64,000 nt of DNA. It comes from an uncultured Methylophilaceae bacterium (lineage in GTDB: Bacteria > Pseudomonadota > Gammaproteobacteria > Burkholderiales > Methylophilaceae). Positions within the stretch are counted from its first letter, which is position 1; the number at the start of each line of letters is the position of its first letter. The stretch is taken from the NCBI GenBank assembly GCA_964464435.1, contig CAYXGE010000001.1, forward strand, positions 9,722 to 73,721, written 5' to 3'. The position numbers and the translations under genes were made by a program. This document shows positions 43,172 to 53,927 of the stretch, in pieces. The notes beneath the pieces were generated by a model that saw only the letters and a program-made list of their open reading frames with translations, searched no databases and had not been told where the DNA came from.

Positions 43172-43483
43172 ATGAAAACATTTAGCGAGGTGTTAGCTAC
43201 ACTTGAATCTAGCGATCATTTACAAGGTATTCAACTTTTGGATAGTAACGGTGTTGAAGTTGCAAATATTGAAAATAAACCAGGCAGCCAAGGCTCCGTA
43301 AAGGTGTATCACCACTTGCTCGCTAAGTATGGCTACATTACACCCGAGGCAGCAAAAGCTGGCTTAGCCTTGTATTGTGAGCATACGCAAGATGCTGAAC
43401 AGCATGCAGGCAAGCACCCCAATATTGACAGGCTATTTGCCTTGATTGCAAGCGGACAAACGCTCACTGGTAAAACTTACTAA
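43172..43483 (+). CDS. conserved-looking small hypothetical protein
   Basis: A 103-aa ORF with a plausible coding pattern, followed by a strong terminator. I recognise no motif with confidence. Confidence 0.5.
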   Translation: MKTFSEVLATLESSDHLQGIQLLDSNGVEVANIENKPGSQGSVKVYHHLLAKYGYITPEAAKAGLALYCEHTQDAEQHAGKHPNIDRLFALIASGQTLTGKTY

Positions 43484-43497
43484 TTAAGTTGAAATAA

Positions 43498-43527
43498 ACA
43501 AAAAGGCCAAGCAGTGCTTGGCCTTTA
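43498..43527. terminator. bidirectional intrinsic terminator
   Basis: AAAA-GGCCAAGC-AGT-GCTTGGCC-TTT, between convergent genes. Confidence 0.7.
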
Positions 43528-43548
43528 AACTTGAATTAGTAGTACTAC

Positions 43549-43971
43549 TTAAGCTTCAAACTCTCTGATTTCATAATCATGCGTCATCACAGCAGTTTTA
43601 CCCAGCATTATGGAGGCAGAACAATATTTTTCAGCCGACAGTTTAACCGCTTTTTCTACTTGCACAGGGTTAAGCCCTTTACCCGTCACCACAAAATGCA
43701 TGTGAATTTTGGTAAATACTTTGGGTATTTCATCTGCACGTTCAGCAGATAACTCTACAAAACAATCCGTAATGGGTTGCCGTGCTTTTTTTAGAATGGT
43801 CACCACATCAAACGAGCTACAACCACCAGCGCCGATAAGTAACATTTCCATGGGGCGCATACCGATATTGCGCCCACCAGCTTCAGGTGCACCATCCATA
43901 ATCACCGCATGGCCTGTTTCAGACTCACCCATGAAACAGACATCTTCTACCCACTTAATTCTTGCTTTCAT
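43549..43971 (-). CDS. OsmC family peroxiredoxin-like protein
   Basis: About 140 aa with the paired Cys contexts GAGGCSSFD and EKYCSAS typical of the OsmC/Ohr fold. Confidence 0.8.
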   Translation of the reverse strand: MKARIKWVEDVCFMGESETGHAVIMDGAPEAGGRNIGMRPMEMLLIGAGGCSSFDVVTILKKARQPITDCFVELSAERADEIPKVFTKIHMHFVVTGKGLNPVQVEKAVKLSAEKYCSASIMLGKTAVMTHDYEIREFEA

Positions 43972-44456
43972 TATTTAATACCCAATAGTTCTACATCAAA
44001 AATTAAGGTCGCATTAGGTGGAATTACACCGCCTGCACCATATTCACCATAGCCCATATGGGGTGGAATAATCAACGTGCGTTTGCCGCCTACCTTCATG
44101 CCAGCAAAGCCTTCATCCCAACCTTGAATCACTTGTCCACCACCCAAAAAGAACACAAAGGGTTCGCGTCTATCTAAAGAACTATCAAACTTTTTACCTT
44201 TACCATCTTCTTTGCTTGGGTCGTATAACCAGCCTGTGTAATGCACAGTAATGTTAAAGCCAGCTTCTGCTTCTCTACCTTCACCTAGCAATGTATCTTT
44301 TTTGACTAATTCTGTAATATTGGTACTCATCGTTGCTTTTTCCTTAGTGGTTGATTGCGTTGATGGGCTAGCTGCATCTGGATTAGCGTGACAACCTGTC
44401 ATTACTGATCCTGCTAACAACACTGCGCTTAAAAATTTCAAAGTGATATTTGGCAA
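43971..44456 (-). CDS. FKBP-type peptidyl-prolyl cis-trans isomerase (lipoprotein)
   Basis: The lipobox is LAGSVMTGC. The FKBP core is HYTGWL....[30 protein letters not shown]...GYG. Confidence 0.9.
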   Translation of the reverse strand: MPNITLKFLSAVLLAGSVMTGCHANPDAASPSTQSTTKEKATMSTNITELVKKDTLLGEGREAEAGFNITVHYTGWLYDPSKEDGKGKKFDSSLDRREPFVFFLGGGQVIQGWDEGFAGMKVGGKRTLIIPPHMGYGEYGAGGVIPPNATLIFDVELLGIK

Positions 44457-44480
44457 AACGTACTCCTAATTTGTGATCGT

Positions 44481-45899
44481 TTACTGGGCGTTATTATAAA
44501 CCCATTCTAACAAGGCATCTTGCGCCTTTTTAGTCCCCGCCGCATTGGCATGGTTCACCATTAATACCAAGGCATAGCGTTTTCCATTATTGGCAAGTAC
44601 ATAACCCGCCAATGCAAATACCCCCGTGAGTGAGCCCGTTTTTAAATGCGCGCGGCCTTGTATAGGGCTATCCACCATACGTTTTTTCATGGTGCCATCT
44701 AATGCAATAATCGGTAACGATGACATCAGCTCTGGCATCACTGGCGATTGATACGCCCCCACCAACATTTGCCCCATGTGCGCTGCACTGATGCGTTCTT
44801 TGCGTGATAAGCCAGCGCCATTTTCAATCACCAGCTCATCAAATTGCCAGCCTTTTGCTTGCACCCATTCTTTAATCACTTGCGCACCTTTAGCCTCTGT
44901 AGCTGGCGCCCCTTTTTTTAACCCCAAAGTTAACAGCACTTGGCGTGCCATCACATTATTGCTCCATTTATTGATGTCGCGCAGAATGCCCGCAATAGCA
45001 TCTGACTCATAGCTGTAAAACAAACTAGCGTTGGCAGGCACTGTTTTTTGTAGAGTTGCGCCATTGAAACTACCACCTAATTGTCTCCATAATTCTTTAA
45101 ATAAATGCCCTGTATAGGTGGCATTATCAAATACAATAAGCTCCATATACTTTTCTTTACAATCGCTGGGGTAAACGCCGCTAAAGGTTACCACCGCAGT
45201 ATCACCATCACGTTTTACATCATAGCCCAGCCGATTTCGCCACCCCGCACAGTCAGCCCTGCCAACTTTTAACTGGTTACGCACTTTAAGCGCGGGCAAT
45301 GCAGGCTCAATACTAATATTGACATTGCTAGCATCTGCATCAAACCTAAAGCTCACCGCATTTAAATTGATTAAACTAGCATTTGGCAAAGCGTTGTAGG
45401 CACGCACCCCATCCCCATCAAAAGCTGCGCTCGTTTTATAAGCCGAAGCAAAGGCACTACTGTCAATCACAATATCGCCAGTAATTTCCCTAACTCCCGC
45501 TTGGCGAATAGCATTGAGCAAACGCCAAAAATCAGCCACCATGAGGCTAGGGTCGCCATAGCCTTTAATATACAAATTGCCGCTCAGTAAGCCCTGCACG
45601 AGCGTGCCATCATAGTAAACTTCAGTTTTCCAACGGTAAGCTGGGCTTAATAATTCCAGACCCGCATAAGATGTGACCAACTTCATGGTTGAGGCTGGAT
45701 TCATGGCTTTTTGCGCTTGGTGCAATAAAATCGGCTCAGTGGCATCCACAGCCTGCACAAAAACCGCTACACTCTCTAAAGGTACGCCAGATTGACTCAA
45801 TGCACTGGTAAACTCTACGGGCAAGCTGGCAGGGCTCGCCAATACAACACGTGCAAGCGCACTTAAACATACAACCATTAAAATTAAGAGTGTTTTCAT
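44481..45899 (-). CDS. dacB: D-alanyl-D-alanine carboxypeptidase/endopeptidase (PBP4)
   Basis: The SxxK motif is PASTMKL and the overall layout is PBP4 family. The signal peptide begins at MKTLLILMVV, so the start is moved from the tracked 45938. Confidence 0.88.
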   Translation of the reverse strand: MKTLLILMVVCLSALARVVLASPASLPVEFTSALSQSGVPLESVAVFVQAVDATEPILLHQAQKAMNPASTMKLVTSYAGLELLSPAYRWKTEVYYDGTLVQGLLSGNLYIKGYGDPSLMVADFWRLLNAIRQAGVREITGDIVIDSSAFASAYKTSAAFDGDGVRAYNALPNASLINLNAVSFRFDADASNVNISIEPALPALKVRNQLKVGRADCAGWRNRLGYDVKRDGDTAVVTFSGVYPSDCKEKYMELIVFDNATYTGHLFKELWRQLGGSFNGATLQKTVPANASLFYSYESDAIAGILRDINKWSNNVMARQVLLTLGLKKGAPATEAKGAQVIKEWVQAKGWQFDELVIENGAGLSRKERISAAHMGQMLVGAYQSPVMPELMSSLPIIALDGTMKKRMVDSPIQGRAHLKTGSLTGVFALAGYVLANNGKRYALVLMVNHANAAGTKKAQDALLEWVYNNAQ

Positions 45900-45928
45900 A
45901 ACCAAATTAAAACATAGCCAAGCACAAT

Positions 45929-46783
45929 ATGCATACAAAACAACACATTTTAATCGCTGGATGCGGTGATTTAGGTAACGCAGTGGCTGATTTACTCAAA
46001 CATCAGCATCATGTCATTGGCCTACGTCGTAATGCTGATGCGCTGACACAAGGCATTACTGCCTTAAGCGGTGATGTCACAACACTACAAAGCCTTACGC
46101 CACTTAATAAAATTAGCCCCAACATTTTGGTGTATTGCGCCAGCGCATCTGAACAAAGCGATGAAAATTACCATGCGGTGTATGTACAAGGCTTAAAAAA
46201 CGTTTTACAAAGCATTTCACAAACACAATTAAAGCACGTGTTTTTTGTTTCTAGCACACGTGTTTACAATGGAAATACGCAAGAATGGATAGACGAAAGT
46301 GTTGAAGCCATTGCCAATGATTTTGGTGGGCAACGGCTGCTAGAAGCAGAACAAGTGCTCAATACCTTACCCTGCAAACATACTGCACTGAGGCTATCTG
46401 GTATTTATGGGCCTGGCAGAACCCGCATGATTAAACTCGCGCAAACCCCTGAACTATGGCCACAAACCAATAGCTGGACCAATCGCATTCATCGCGATGA
46501 TGCGGCTAGGTTTATTGCCTTTTTAATTGAAAAATGTGCAACCCAAGAAACCATTTCGCCACTTTATATTGTTACAGATGGTCACCCTACGCCACAATAT
46601 GAAGTACTCACATGGATTGCAAGGCAGTTCGGACTAAATCTGCTAACACAATGCACTCCAGCACTTAATGGTGGTAAAAAGCTACATAATGACGCCATGA
46701 TGCTATCAGGCTTTAAATTGCACCACCCAAACTACCAAGTGGGATATTGTGCACTTATCTTCCCATTCACCCGTTCGGGCTAA
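45929..46783 (+). CDS. NAD(P)-binding SDR/epimerase-family protein
   Basis: The N-terminal Rossmann motif is ILIAGCGDLG. The size is ~284 aa and the substrate is unknown. Confidence 0.7.
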   Translation: MHTKQHILIAGCGDLGNAVADLLKHQHHVIGLRRNADALTQGITALSGDVTTLQSLTPLNKISPNILVYCASASEQSDENYHAVYVQGLKNVLQSISQTQLKHVFFVSSTRVYNGNTQEWIDESVEAIANDFGGQRLLEAEQVLNTLPCKHTALRLSGIYGPGRTRMIKLAQTPELWPQTNSWTNRIHRDDAARFIAFLIEKCATQETISPLYIVTDGHPTPQYEVLTWIARQFGLNLLTQCTPALNGGKKLHNDAMMLSGFKLHHPNYQVGYCALIFPFTRSG

Positions 46784-46842
46784 TGCAATTTAATTTAAAC
46801 GTGGTATTATTAAACTACCTGTATTAATTTTTAAGGGGAATA

Positions 46843-47505
46843 ATGATGAATAAATTTTTAAAAGGCTTATTGTTAGCTGCAACGCTTACAGTTTCTGCTT
46901 TAGCAAACGCAACAACCGTTACTGTAGGTAATGCGGCTACAGGTGGCAGTATTTCATCATTTGGCCTAGGCTCCTTCAATACTGCTACATACGGGCAAGT
47001 TTTTAAAGCGCCAGTTACTGGCGTGTTAACATCTTTTACCTTGTCCTTGAATGGTGGCGTCGGCTCCTTGTATGGTGGGATTGATGGCTGGAATGGAACA
47101 GAAAGCCACGGCTTTGGATTTGGTTCATCAGGTAATTTGTATACAAGTGCTAGTGTTACATCATCTGGCGCACAGGCATATACATTTAGCCCAAACATTA
47201 ACGTAGTAGCAGGTCAACTGTATGTTGCTTATTTATCGGTATTTGGTGATGCAAATGCTTCTGGGGCAACCTCAATGCCATTAGGTAACAATTCTGACCC
47301 ATCAATATTATATTTTGTTTGGAACAACGCTACAGATCCAAAAAATAATCCTTCATGGAACTACTTTTTTAACACTGGTGACGCATTGTTTTCTGCAAAA
47401 TTTACAGCAAATAATGTAAATGCAGTTCCAGTACCCGCAGCTGCATGGTTGTTTGGCTCTGCTTTGTTGGGCTTATTTGGCATGAGAAAACGCGAAACCG
47501 CTTAA
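46843..47505 (+). CDS. secreted protein with a PEP-CTERM-type (VPxPAA variant) sorting signal
   Basis: The signal peptide ends ...SALANA. The mature part is Gly/Ser/Thr/Asn-rich. The C-terminus VPVPAAAWLFGSALLGLFGMRKRETA has the motif, a TM helix and a basic tail. Confidence 0.8.
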   Translation: MMNKFLKGLLLAATLTVSALANATTVTVGNAATGGSISSFGLGSFNTATYGQVFKAPVTGVLTSFTLSLNGGVGSLYGGIDGWNGTESHGFGFGSSGNLYTSASVTSSGAQAYTFSPNINVVAGQLYVAYLSVFGDANASGATSMPLGNNSDPSILYFVWNNATDPKNNPSWNYFFNTGDALFSAKFTANNVNAVPVPAAAWLFGSALLGLFGMRKRETA

Positions 47506-47530
47506 TTTGATATAAGTAGAAAGTCACAAA

Positions 47531-47560
47531 TAAAAAGCCGCATTTTGCGGCTTTTTATTT
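47531..47560. terminator. bidirectional intrinsic terminator (PEP-CTERM gene / rnpB convergent)
   Basis: TAAAA-AGCCGC-ATTTT-GCGGCT-TTTTATTT. There is a U-run on both strands. Confidence 0.75.
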
Positions 47561-47572
47561 GTTTGAAAGAAA

Positions 47573-47913
47573 GTAAAGTTGGCCGATAAGCCGGGTTCTG
47601 TCGTGCATTGCTACACGTAACAGTCATTCCTCTAGGCGTGCAATTGCTCACACGCTCAAGCTATCTACCCGCTGGTAGCGCGAGCCACGCCTTATTACTT
47701 ACGTAAAATACCAGCCTATTTGATATTGCTGCAGATGGAGGTTACCGCGTTTCACATCCACGCCCTAAAGCGTTTACTCGTCTCTGTGGCCCTATTCCTC
47801 GCCTTATACTATCGCTAGCTTTCAGCGTACGGCCGTTAGCCGTCATCCTGCTCTGTGCAGCCCGGACTTTCCTCCCCTTGCGCTAGCAAGCGGCGACTGT
47901 CTAGCCAACTTCA
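47573..47913 (-). ncRNA. rnpB: RNase P RNA, bacterial type A
   Basis: The reverse complement starts GAAGTTGGCTAGACAGTCGCCGCTTGCTAGCGCAAGGGGAGGAAAGTCCGGGCTGCACAGAGCAGGATGACGGCTAACGGCC. It ends ...GCCTAGAGGAATGACTGTTACG...ACGACAGAACCCGGCTTATCGGCCAACTTT. These are the conserved GGAAAGTCCGGGC and ACAGAACCCGGCTTA blocks, and P1 pairing closes the molecule. The ends are good to within a few nt. Confidence 0.93.
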
Positions 47914-47984
47914 ACGTCATTTTAACACAGCTACATTTTTTGCCTCGACACTATCGAGTACGTGTTTTTTGATATGATTGACTA

Positions 47985-50027
47985 ATGAGTGAACAACACC
48001 CAGACATGGCGAATACACCCCCAGTAGAAAACAGCCTTGATTTGTCGATTAATGCAACATTTCAGCATGCCGCTACGCTGCTAAAAACTGGGCAGTTTGT
48101 TGAAGCAGAAATACAATTGCAACAAATCCTCAAGGCCATGCCTCACCATGCAGAAAGCTTCAATTTATTGGGGATTATCGCTTATCAAACAGGTCAGCTT
48201 GATGTAGCGCTTAATCAATTCTCCAAGGCGATTGCGTTAAATCCACACAACACTGATTTTCATAATAATCAGGGTAATATTTTTAGTAAACTCAACCGTC
48301 TTGACGATGCACTTGCAAGTTACAATCAAGCCATCAGCCTAAGGCCAAACTACGCTGAGGCACATAATAACCGTGGTAGCGTGCTCAAACGTTTGCATCG
48401 TTTTCAAGAATCACTCAACAGTTATCAGCAAGCCATTGCACTGCAGCCCAATTTTGCAGAGGCTTACAATAATCTTGGTAATCTGTATGAGCAATGTCAT
48501 CAATATGATGTTGCCCTCAACTGCTTTCAACAAGCCATTGCACTCAAGCCGCAATATGCTGAAGCCTACTATAACCAAGGCAATGTATTTGCAGCCTTAG
48601 GTCAGCTAGAAAATGCCAGTACAAGTTATCAGCAAACCCTGCAAATCCGCCCAAACTACCCTTATGCTTTAGGTGCATTACTGCATTGCAAAATGAAACT
48701 CTGTGATTGGCGTCAATTAGATCATCTTATTGATGCTCTCACCCAAGGTATCAAAAACCACCACAAAGTATCCGCACCTTTTCCCGTGTTAGGCTTAATT
48801 GATTCAGCATCATTACAATTGACATGCGCTAGGGACTTTACTCAGGGCAGGTTTAATGCCAGTAATTTTTTGGCACAAAAGACCAATCAAGCCAACGGCA
48901 AAATTCGCATTGCTTATTACTCTAGTGATTTTCATTGCCATGCCACTTCTTACTTAATTGCAGAAATGTTGGAAAGCCATGATAAAACGCAGTTTGAGGT
49001 CATTGGCTTTTCTTTTGGCCTAAAAATTGACGATGAAATGTATCAAAGAGTCAGTGCTAGTTTTGATGCGTTTTACGAAGTTGCGAACGTAAGTGATAAC
49101 GCTATAGCTGAGCAATCACGCGCCTTGGGCATTGATATTGCCATTGATTTAAAAGGCTTTACACAACATGCCAGAATGGGCATCTTTGCGCATAAATGCG
49201 CGCCCATACAAGTCAACTTTTTAGGCTTTCCTGGCACGCTTGGTACAGATTTTTATGACTACATCATTGCGGATAATATTGTGATTCCCGCTAACCAAAC
49301 AGAAAATTTCTCTGAGAAAGTTGTCTATTTACCGAAATGTTACTTTCCTAATGACTCACAACGCAATATTTCTAACACACCAGTAAATAGACCTTCACAT
49401 CAGCTTCCTGAAAATGTATTTGTATTTTGTTGTTTTAATGCCAGTTACAAAATTTTACCCAGCACGTTTGATATTTGGATGCGTTTATTAAAACGCATTG
49501 AAGGCAGCGTGTTATGGCTACTAGATAATTGCCCAGCTACAACAAATCACTTAAAAAATGAAGCAACCATACGTGGGGTGGATAGTTCACGCTTAATTTT
49601 TGCAAAACGCCTACCGCTCCCAGAACACTTGGCTAGACATAGGCTTGCCGATTTATTTTTAGATACCTTGCCTTACAATGCGCACACCACTGCCAGTGAT
49701 GCATTATGGAGCGGGTTACCAGTTCTCACTTGCGCAGGGGAGTCATTTGCCAGCCGCGTTGCCGCCAGTTTATTACTTGCTTTAAATTTACCTGAGCTTG
49801 TTACCGACAATTTAGCCGCTTATGAAGATAACGCTTATACACTTGCAACGCAACCAGGCAAATTAAACGCCATTAAACATAAACTTAAGCAAGAAATTAC
49901 TACCTCTGCATTGTTTAGCGGAAAACAATTTGCTAAAAATATTGAACAGGCATACCTTGCCATGCACGCGCGCAGTCAATCTGGGCTAGCGCCATGCAAT
50001 ATTGATTTAAGTAACTATTCGCCATGA
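47985..50027 (+). CDS. TPR-repeat protein with C-terminal SPINDLY/OGT-type (GT41) glycosyltransferase domain
   Basis: The N-terminal ~230 aa hold about six 34-aa TPR units (A..Y...G.....A...Y..A..L.P). The C-terminal ~400 aa carry [19 protein letters not shown] and [19 protein letters not shown]......LWLL, typical of bacterial OGT homologues. Confidence 0.8.
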   Translation: MSEQHPDMANTPPVENSLDLSINATFQHAATLLKTGQFVEAEIQLQQILKAMPHHAESFNLLGIIAYQTGQLDVALNQFSKAIALNPHNTDFHNNQGNIFSKLNRLDDALASYNQAISLRPNYAEAHNNRGSVLKRLHRFQESLNSYQQAIALQPNFAEAYNNLGNLYEQCHQYDVALNCFQQAIALKPQYAEAYYNQGNVFAALGQLENASTSYQQTLQIRPNYPYALGALLHCKMKLCDWRQLDHLIDALTQGIKNHHKVSAPFPVLGLIDSASLQLTCARDFTQGRFNASNFLAQKTNQANGKIRIAYYSSDFHCHATSYLIAEMLESHDKTQFEVIGFSFGLKIDDEMYQRVSASFDAFYEVANVSDNAIAEQSRALGIDIAIDLKGFTQHARMGIFAHKCAPIQVNFLGFPGTLGTDFYDYIIADNIVIPANQTENFSEKVVYLPKCYFPNDSQRNISNTPVNRPSHQLPENVFVFCCFNASYKILPSTFDIWMRLLKRIEGSVLWLLDNCPATTNHLKNEATIRGVDSSRLIFAKRLPLPEHLARHRLADLFLDTLPYNAHTTASDALWSGLPVLTCAGESFASRVAASLLLALNLPELVTDNLAAYEDNAYTLATQPGKLNAIKHKLKQEITTSALFSGKQFAKNIEQAYLAMHARSQSGLAPCNIDLSNYSP

Positions 50028-51044
50028 AACGTCTTGCCCAGCTCGCAACGGTACCAGCACATCGTCGGCAAATGGAATGCTTTCTGGCACTTTCCAAGTC
50101 TCTTTCACCAAGTTAATTTTTTCTGTATTGCGTGGCAAACCATAAAAGTCTGCGCCATAAAAACTGGCAAAGCCTTCTAATTTATCTAGTGCATTAGCTT
50201 CTTCAAATGCTTCGGCATATAGCTCAATAGCTGCATGCGCGGTATACATGCCAGCGCATCCACAGGTGGCTTCTTTGGCTGACTTTGCATGTGGGGCGCT
50301 ATCAGTGCCTAAAAAGAATTTAGGCGAGTCTGAGCTAGCGGCTTTCACGAGCGCCAAACGATGCTCTTCACGCTTGAGCACTGGCAAACAATAGTGATGC
50401 GGACGGATGCCGCCCGTAAACATGGCATTGCGGTTCATGAGTAAATGGTGAGCAGTAATGGTGGCGGCAACATTATCGCCCGCTTGTGCCACAAACTCGG
50501 CTGCGTCTTTGGTAGTGATATGTTCAAACACCACCTTGAGCCCTTGAAAACGGGCTAAAAGAGGTTGCATGATTTGCTCAATAAACACTTTTTCACGGTC
50601 AAATACGTCTATAGTTGCATCAGTCACCTCACCATGCACCAGTAAGGGCATGCCAACATTTTCCATCGCCTCTAGGGCTTTAACACAATGGCCTAAGTTA
50701 CTCACGCCTGAGTCAGAATTAGTCGTCGCCCCAGCAGGATAGAGCTTAACGCCATGCACAATGCCACTTTGTTTGGCTTTAATAATTTCATCGGCCGATG
50801 TGTTATCTGTGAGATAAAGCGTCATAAGGGGGTCAAAACGCATACCTGCGGGCAAGGCCTGTAAAATGCGCTCACGGTAGGCAACTGCCAATGCGGTTGT
50901 GGTAACGGGTGGGCGCAAATTGGGCATGACAATGGCGCGCGCAAATTGCTTTGCGGTATCGGGCAACACAGCATTGAGTGCTGCACCATCGCGTAGATGT
51001 AAATGCCAGTCGTCTGGGCGGGTAATGGTCAGTTTATTCATCAT
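50007..51044 (-). CDS. pyrC: dihydroorotase (homodimeric type)
   Basis: [12 protein letters not shown] and FLGTDSAPH are present. Confidence 0.93.
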   Translation of the reverse strand: MMNKLTITRPDDWHLHLRDGAALNAVLPDTAKQFARAIVMPNLRPPVTTTALAVAYRERILQALPAGMRFDPLMTLYLTDNTSADEIIKAKQSGIVHGVKLYPAGATTNSDSGVSNLGHCVKALEAMENVGMPLLVHGEVTDATIDVFDREKVFIEQIMQPLLARFQGLKVVFEHITTKDAAEFVAQAGDNVAATITAHHLLMNRNAMFTGGIRPHHYCLPVLKREEHRLALVKAASSDSPKFFLGTDSAPHAKSAKEATCGCAGMYTAHAAIELYAEAFEEANALDKLEGFASFYGADFYGLPRNTEKINLVKETWKVPESIPFADDVLVPLRAGQDVSWRIVT

Positions 51045-51882
51045 GTTTTAGTTTTAGTGCATATTGGTATAAATCGTTTTTCTTGAGACCCGTAATTTCA
51101 ACCGCTAATTTTACCGCTTGTTTAAGTGGCAAATCAGCCAAAAGCAGGGTTAAAACACGCACGGCATCTTCTGGCACGGCTTCTTCAACCTTTTCTGGCG
51201 CAGGCTCTACCAACAATACAAACTCACCGCGTTGTTGATTGGGGTCACTTTCAAGCCATATTTTAGCGTCACTTAAGGCACAAGAATGAAAAGTTTCAAA
51301 GGTTTTTGTAATTTCTCTGGCAATAGTGATTCGACGTGCACCGCCTAACACCTTGGACAAATCTTCTATACACTCAATAATACGATGTGGTGCCTCATAA
51401 AACACCAATGTGGTGGTGTATTGTTTTAATTGTTCGAGTTGTTTTCTACGTTGTGCGCCACTGGCAGGCAAAAACCCTATAAACATAAAGCCTGCGTCTG
51501 CTATGCCTGCGGCAGATAGTGCGGCTATCACTGCACTTGCGCCTGGTACTGGCACCACCTTAACACCATGTGCGCGCAAGACATTAACAACCACGGCTCC
51601 TGGGTCACTAATACCTGGTGTGCCAGCATCTGTAATGAGCGCAACGTGTTGACCTGCCTCAATTTTATTTAGCAATACTTGGGCAGACTGCTGCTCATTA
51701 TGTTCATGCACGGCAACGAGTTTGTTGGCAATCCCAAAATGTGAAAGTAGCCCCGCGCTATGCCGAGTATCTTCTGCAGCAATCAAGTCAACAGTTTTTA
51801 ACACCTCTAAGGCACGTAGCGTGATATCTTGGAGGTTTCCAATTGGTGTTGCCACCACATATAATACACCGCTATGACTCAA
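51034..51882 (-). CDS. rsmI: 16S rRNA (cytidine1402-2'-O)-methyltransferase
   Basis: [22 protein letters not shown] and AEDTR are present. The apparent start is TTG. Confidence 0.9.
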   Translation of the reverse strand: MSHSGVLYVVATPIGNLQDITLRALEVLKTVDLIAAEDTRHSAGLLSHFGIANKLVAVHEHNEQQSAQVLLNKIEAGQHVALITDAGTPGISDPGAVVVNVLRAHGVKVVPVPGASAVIAALSAAGIADAGFMFIGFLPASGAQRRKQLEQLKQYTTTLVFYEAPHRIIECIEDLSKVLGGARRITIAREITKTFETFHSCALSDAKIWLESDPNQQRGEFVLLVEPAPEKVEEAVPEDAVRVLTLLLADLPLKQAVKLAVEITGLKKNDLYQYALKLKHDE

Positions 51883-53565
51883 CGATTCATCACCTTTTTG
51901 ACGACATTTTTATGGTTAACGACGCTTGGGTTGCATAACGTTGCAATAGCCGCTGACACTTCTGAAAAAAACAGCAAACGCACACCCGAGCAAGCCTTTT
52001 TAAATGGCCTTGATTGCCTAAAACAGGACAACTTAGATTGCGCCACTATAGCGCATGTTAGCATACCGCCACAGTCTATTTATGCCAAAATTTTAGAAGC
52101 CAATATCGCTGCTAAGCAAAACGATGATGAAAAAGTATTGCAATTGCTATTACCGATTAACGCTAGCCAAGTACTCAATCGTGAGCCAATCATTGCAGAA
52201 GCGGTATTGAGTGTTCATACACAATTAGCCGTTGTTTTTTCAAAGCAAGGTAATGCTGCCCAAAGTTTAGAACAATACATGTTGGCTGAAACTTACTTGC
52301 TTTCACGTCAAGATTTACGCTTAGATGCATTTGAACATAACCAATTAAGCTTAATGAATATGCTAAATGCTATAAGCCTTGAGACTTTAATACAACTTCG
52401 TGGTGAAGTTGAAGATACCACGGCGCAAGGCTGGGTCGATTTAGCGATTGCAGGCCAACGACTAAACCAAAATGTGATGAGTCTAGAGCTTTGGCGCAAA
52501 GCTTATCCAGACCACCCTGCAAGCCAAAAAACCCTAGCTTCAATTCAGCAACAACCATCCACCCAACAAGCTAAAGGTAACGCAATTTTTGGCAAAATTG
52601 CATTGATTCTGCCTTTACAAAATACCACCTATTATCAGGTGGCAGATGCCATTGAGCGTGGATTTACCGCTGCAAAAACCATAGATCAAGATAACTCTGA
52701 AGTTGCGCTTTATCCTAGCAATGCAAATCAAGCGGAAATTCTGAGCTTGTATGAACGCGCCATTCAAGAAGGTGCTAAATTTGTAGTTGGTCCCCTAACC
52801 CGTGATGAAGTGAGCACCTTAAAACAAACCAAAGCTCCAGTGCCCACTATTTTACTTAACCAAGCAGATAATGAGTCACAGGCTAGCGCTAATAACGCTT
52901 TATTTTTTAGCCTTAGCCTAAGTATAGAGGCTGAAGCTGCGCAACTGGTTGAATATGCTACAAAAGCTGGAATGCAAACTGCGCGTATCGTGGCGGAAGA
53001 CACAAATATAATGTCTATGCTTATGACAAAAGCTTTTAGCGAGCGCTGGTTAGCAAGTGGTGGCAAGCTGCTTAGTACGACTAACTTATCTGATGAAGCT
53101 GCATTAAATACAATCAAAACAACGATTACAGCGGAACCTTCCGATATGTTGCTGATTGCTGGCAATCATAGCTTTGCAAAAAAAGTCATGCCACATTTAG
53201 GGTCTACTACCCCCACTTTTGGTTTTTCTCATATTTTTTCTGGTATTAACGCAGACCCAGAAGATACGTCATTAAACGCAATACAATTTGTAGATATTCC
53301 TTGGGTTCTCAACCCCAACGATGCGCAATTTAAAAGTTACCAAGCCGCTGCGCAAAATCTACCCCTAGGACAGTTGCAAAGATGGTTTGCATTGGGTGCG
53401 GATGCTTACACTTTGCTGAAGCATATCGCTAAAGATACAAAACAAATCCCTTATTTTGAGGGTTTAACAGGTAGTATTCGTCTTGATAATAAAGGACAAG
53501 TCCAACGCAAACTCCCTTTGGCTAGGTTTACTCAGCAAGGAATCGTGTTAGAAAGTAAGCCATGA
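51874..53565 (+). CDS. lpoA: penicillin-binding protein activator LpoA-like
   Basis: A signal sequence is followed by a TPR-like N-domain and a periplasmic-binding-protein-like C-domain. It sits in the conserved position divergent from rsmI and upstream of yraN-diaA-dolP. Confidence 0.75.
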   Translation: MTQRFITFLTTFLWLTTLGLHNVAIAADTSEKNSKRTPEQAFLNGLDCLKQDNLDCATIAHVSIPPQSIYAKILEANIAAKQNDDEKVLQLLLPINASQVLNREPIIAEAVLSVHTQLAVVFSKQGNAAQSLEQYMLAETYLLSRQDLRLDAFEHNQLSLMNMLNAISLETLIQLRGEVEDTTAQGWVDLAIAGQRLNQNVMSLELWRKAYPDHPASQKTLASIQQQPSTQQAKGNAIFGKIALILPLQNTTYYQVADAIERGFTAAKTIDQDNSEVALYPSNANQAEILSLYERAIQEGAKFVVGPLTRDEVSTLKQTKAPVPTILLNQADNESQASANNALFFSLSLSIEAEAAQLVEYATKAGMQTARIVAEDTNIMSMLMTKAFSERWLASGGKLLSTTNLSDEAALNTIKTTITAEPSDMLLIAGNHSFAKKVMPHLGSTTPTFGFSHIFSGINADPEDTSLNAIQFVDIPWVLNPNDAQFKSYQAAAQNLPLGQLQRWFALGADAYTLLKHIAKDTKQIPYFEGLTGSIRLDNKGQVQRKLPLARFTQQGIVLESKP

Positions 53566-53903
53566 ACAAGCTTGGAGTTGAAGCAGAGCAAATAGCACTT
53601 AATTACCTCAAAAAGCAGGGCTTAACGCTCATTGCCAACAACTACAGCTGTCGCTACGGTGAAATTGATTTAATTATGCAAGAGGGTAAAACTATCGTCT
53701 TTATTGAGGTGCGCATGCGAAAAAACCAACAATTTGGCGGCGCTGCATTCAGCATTACGCCAAGCAAACAGCAAAAGCTAATTCACACTGCACAACATTT
53801 TCTTGCACAATATGGAAATCCTGCTTGCAGATTTGACGCTATTTTGATGACAACTGCTAAAATAGAGCATATTGAGTGGATTAAAAATGCCTTTGATGCA
53901 TAA
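53562..53903 (+). CDS. yraN: YraN family endonuclease-like protein (UPF0102)
   Basis: G...E..A..YL...G.......Y....GEIDLIM......VFIEVR.R. Confidence 0.85.
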   Translation: MNKLGVEAEQIALNYLKKQGLTLIANNYSCRYGEIDLIMQEGKTIVFIEVRMRKNQQFGGAAFSITPSKQQKLIHTAQHFLAQYGNPACRFDAILMTTAKIEHIEWIKNAFDA

Positions 53904-53927
53904 TGCAGTCAATAGATAAGAGAACGC

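Noticed and set aside
46824-47198. 124-aa minus-strand ORF overlapping the PEP-CTERM gene.
   Set aside because: It is a shadow ORF. The plus-strand frame has a signal peptide and sorting signal and is clearly the real gene.
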